Of a stretch of 9,761 bases of DNA, positions 7,902-9,761 are shown one piece after another; the first letter of the stretch is position 1; each line of letters begins with the position of its first letter. This stretch comes from Trichoplax adhaerens (taxonomy: Eukaryota; Animalia; Placozoa). Position numbers and translations under genes: made by a program. The notes below the pieces were generated by a model that saw only the letters and a list, made by a program, of their open reading frames with translations, was not told the DNA's origin and ran no database searches. The stretch covers positions 12,935,665-12,945,425 of the forward strand of contig NW_002060943.1 of assembly GCF_000150275.1 (NCBI RefSeq), written 5' to 3'.

Positions 7902-8861
7902 TTACATACTAGAATGGAATAGATTTTTAACTTCAGATATTATTCCAGCCCTGATTTGTTTATCAAATGTCACGTAAATGAGTGGATTCAGAAAATGTAT
8001 CGATAGGACGAGGCCACTTATAAAATAGCCCGCTATAAACAAATTAACGTTATCAGGTGAAAGGTAAACTACGGATTTTTGAATTATTGAAGCTATGATG
8101 CTGCATACAAAATAAGGTAGGCTTAGAAGTATATAACATGAGGTTATATAAATCAGAACTTTAATAAATTTTCTTCTCTTTGTAAAGTCTTCATGGAGCT
8201 GCTCTGATGTCCGAATGCCAGGTCGAACATAATTCTTTTGATAGATTGCAACTTTTGCATAAGACATGGCAATCGTTGCAGTAGGGATTGCATATGAAAT
8301 AAATGACCAATGCAACAGATATACTGATTCATTAACGCCCATTACTGGAAAATCACATGTTGTAGGAAAATCTGGATACGAAGACATATACAATGACATT
8401 GGTGATGCTGCAGATATTGATACCAACCAAATGAGAATCTCAGTTGTAATCAGAAATCTTCGTTTGTGATTTCGGTAAAATGGCGAGAATGGTCTTATAA
8501 TAACAAAATAGCGATCCACAGCGATCAATGCTAAATTCATCATGGAAACCGCGTATGATGTAAGTAAAATCGTTAAACCAATACGACATAGATTGGAACC
8601 AGCGACGAAATCTAAATTACCAAAGGTTATCATAATAAACATGATCAAGGCTGTACTTGCCGAGATAGTATCTGATATAACTGACATTCGAATCAAGCGA
8701 TAGGTAGTCTTTTGGAATATTTTGTTTGTAGATAGCAGTTTGAGTAGAAGTATATTTAATATTAATCCAGTTGCGTGTGTCGGAATAAAAATTCCCACAA
8801 CATAGCGATAAATTTGTCTTATATTCGGTGGAAATAAGTTTGTCAAATTGAAGGTATTCAT
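7902..8861 (-). CDS. Intronless class A (rhodopsin-like) 7TM GPCR, orphan, 319 aa
   Basis: ATG-to-TAA ORF with seven hydrophobic segments. Class A motifs: TM1 GLILN, TM2 SD, TM3 Cys (LCRI) with ECL2 Cys (TTCD), AVDRY, TM4 Trp (LIWLVS), TM5 Pro (YAIP), TM6 LSLPY, TM7 NPLIY followed by a helix-8-like FDKQIR. Short N-terminus with an N-glycosylation sequon (NLT). Confidence 0.95.
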   Translation of the reverse strand: MNTFNLTNLFPPNIRQIYRYVVGIFIPTHATGLILNILLLKLLSTNKIFQKTTYRLIRMSVISDTISASTALIMFIMITFGNLDFVAGSNLCRIGLTILLTSYAVSMMNLALIAVDRYFVIIRPFSPFYRNHKRRFLITTEILIWLVSISAASPMSLYMSSYPDFPTTCDFPVMGVNESVYLLHWSFISYAIPTATIAMSYAKVAIYQKNYVRPGIRTSEQLHEDFTKRRKFIKVLIYITSCYILLSLPYFVCSIIASIIQKSVVYLSPDNVNLFIAGYFISGLVLSIHFLNPLIYVTFDKQIRAGIISEVKNLFHSSM

Positions 8862-9761
8862 TCTGTCAGTAACGTAAACGATGGATTGATAGATAGCTTG
8901 TTATATTTGATGACTAGATAACACCTAGTTTACAATTAAATTTTCGAATATAAAATTATAATATATTCAACGAATAGAGAAGAAAATTGCACTTAGCGCC
9001 TGAACTGATCTTAGAAAATGATGTTGGATAATTGAATACCAAGTGACTTAAACAGAGAAATAGACTTCATACATTTACCTGAACAATCATAAACTAAGGA
9101 AATTTTAATAGAAATTCAATAGATCTTATCAAATATTGTAATAACTGTGTTTTATTCAAAATTTATAACTGAGCCATGAAATAATTACTATATTATCTTA
9201 AAATTTAAGAGAAACTTTTGCTTTCACAAAACCTTATACTATTGTAGTGGTTAATTCTTAAGTTTTACATTTATTTAAATTGTGATTACATTTACCACAT
9301 TAGGATGGGATTCGCTTATTGTGACCTATATTTGTTTCTTATTTTATCTATATCACACGTTATATAATTGCAAATTACAAACCCAATCGTATAGAGCAAC
9401 TAATTAGTACATTTCTATTTAAAGGATGATTTTTCTTGTAGATTAATCTTTTTCAAAAGACATGTTATAAAGGAGCTCTACATCTAAGCTAACGCCTACA
9501 ATAGGGAATTAATGATGAGAACTAGATTTTACGACCGATAGGTTAAATATAGAAGCCTTACTGAACAGTCATTCTGGGTAATTTTTACATTCCTAGAAAG
9601 ATATGTAATAGTATTAAACTTTATACTTTAATATTGCATCTTTTTAATGGTCATAGAAACTCAATAACTGAGTGTACAGATAGAACTGACAATGAAAATT
9701 TCATATACTAATGGTTGATTCATGATCATTTTGATAGCAGTTTTGCTACTATAAGAATTGA

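Larger units (their letters stand above)
6905..9020 (+). repeat. Local segmental duplication, copy B (intact GPCR plus flanks)
   Basis: Direct-orientation homolog of 440-3010, covering ~1 kb of 3' flank, the CDS and ~160 bp of 5' flank. Boundaries are approximate. Confidence 0.88.

Noticed and set aside
7960-8030. Opsin identity for the GPCR
   Set aside because: No Lys at TM7 position 7.43 (Leu instead).
8266-8469. 67-aa + strand ORF
   Set aside because: Antisense shadow of the GPCR CDS with no recognisable motif.
8920-9005. Possible 5' UTR intron in both GPCR copies (conserved YAG|GT)
   Set aside because: The candidate donor is GTGCTG in copy A and GCGCTA in copy B, both poor matches; cannot be supported without transcripts.

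Overview
AT-rich eukaryotic (animal) genomic DNA with short GT-AG introns. The gene content and the TPR consensus suggest a placozoan such as Trichoplax; this is an inference. The window holds two direct copies of a ~2.1 kb block (~440-3010 and ~6905-9020), each built around an intronless class A (rhodopsin-like) GPCR on the minus strand. The right copy is intact (7902-8861, 319 aa). The left copy is a pseudogene interrupted by a 404-bp TG...CA solo-LTR-like element with a 5-bp target-site duplication, and it also carries start loss, a nonsense codon and frameshifts. Between the copies lie a decayed fragment of about two 42-aa TPR repeats, a stretch rich in repeats and palindromes with clustered TACWGTA heptamers, and a six-exon vasohibin (tubulin detyrosinase) homolog that the ORF track mostly misses. 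The vasohibin keeps its catalytic motifs but apparently lacks the C-terminal exon. All alignments and counts were done by eye.
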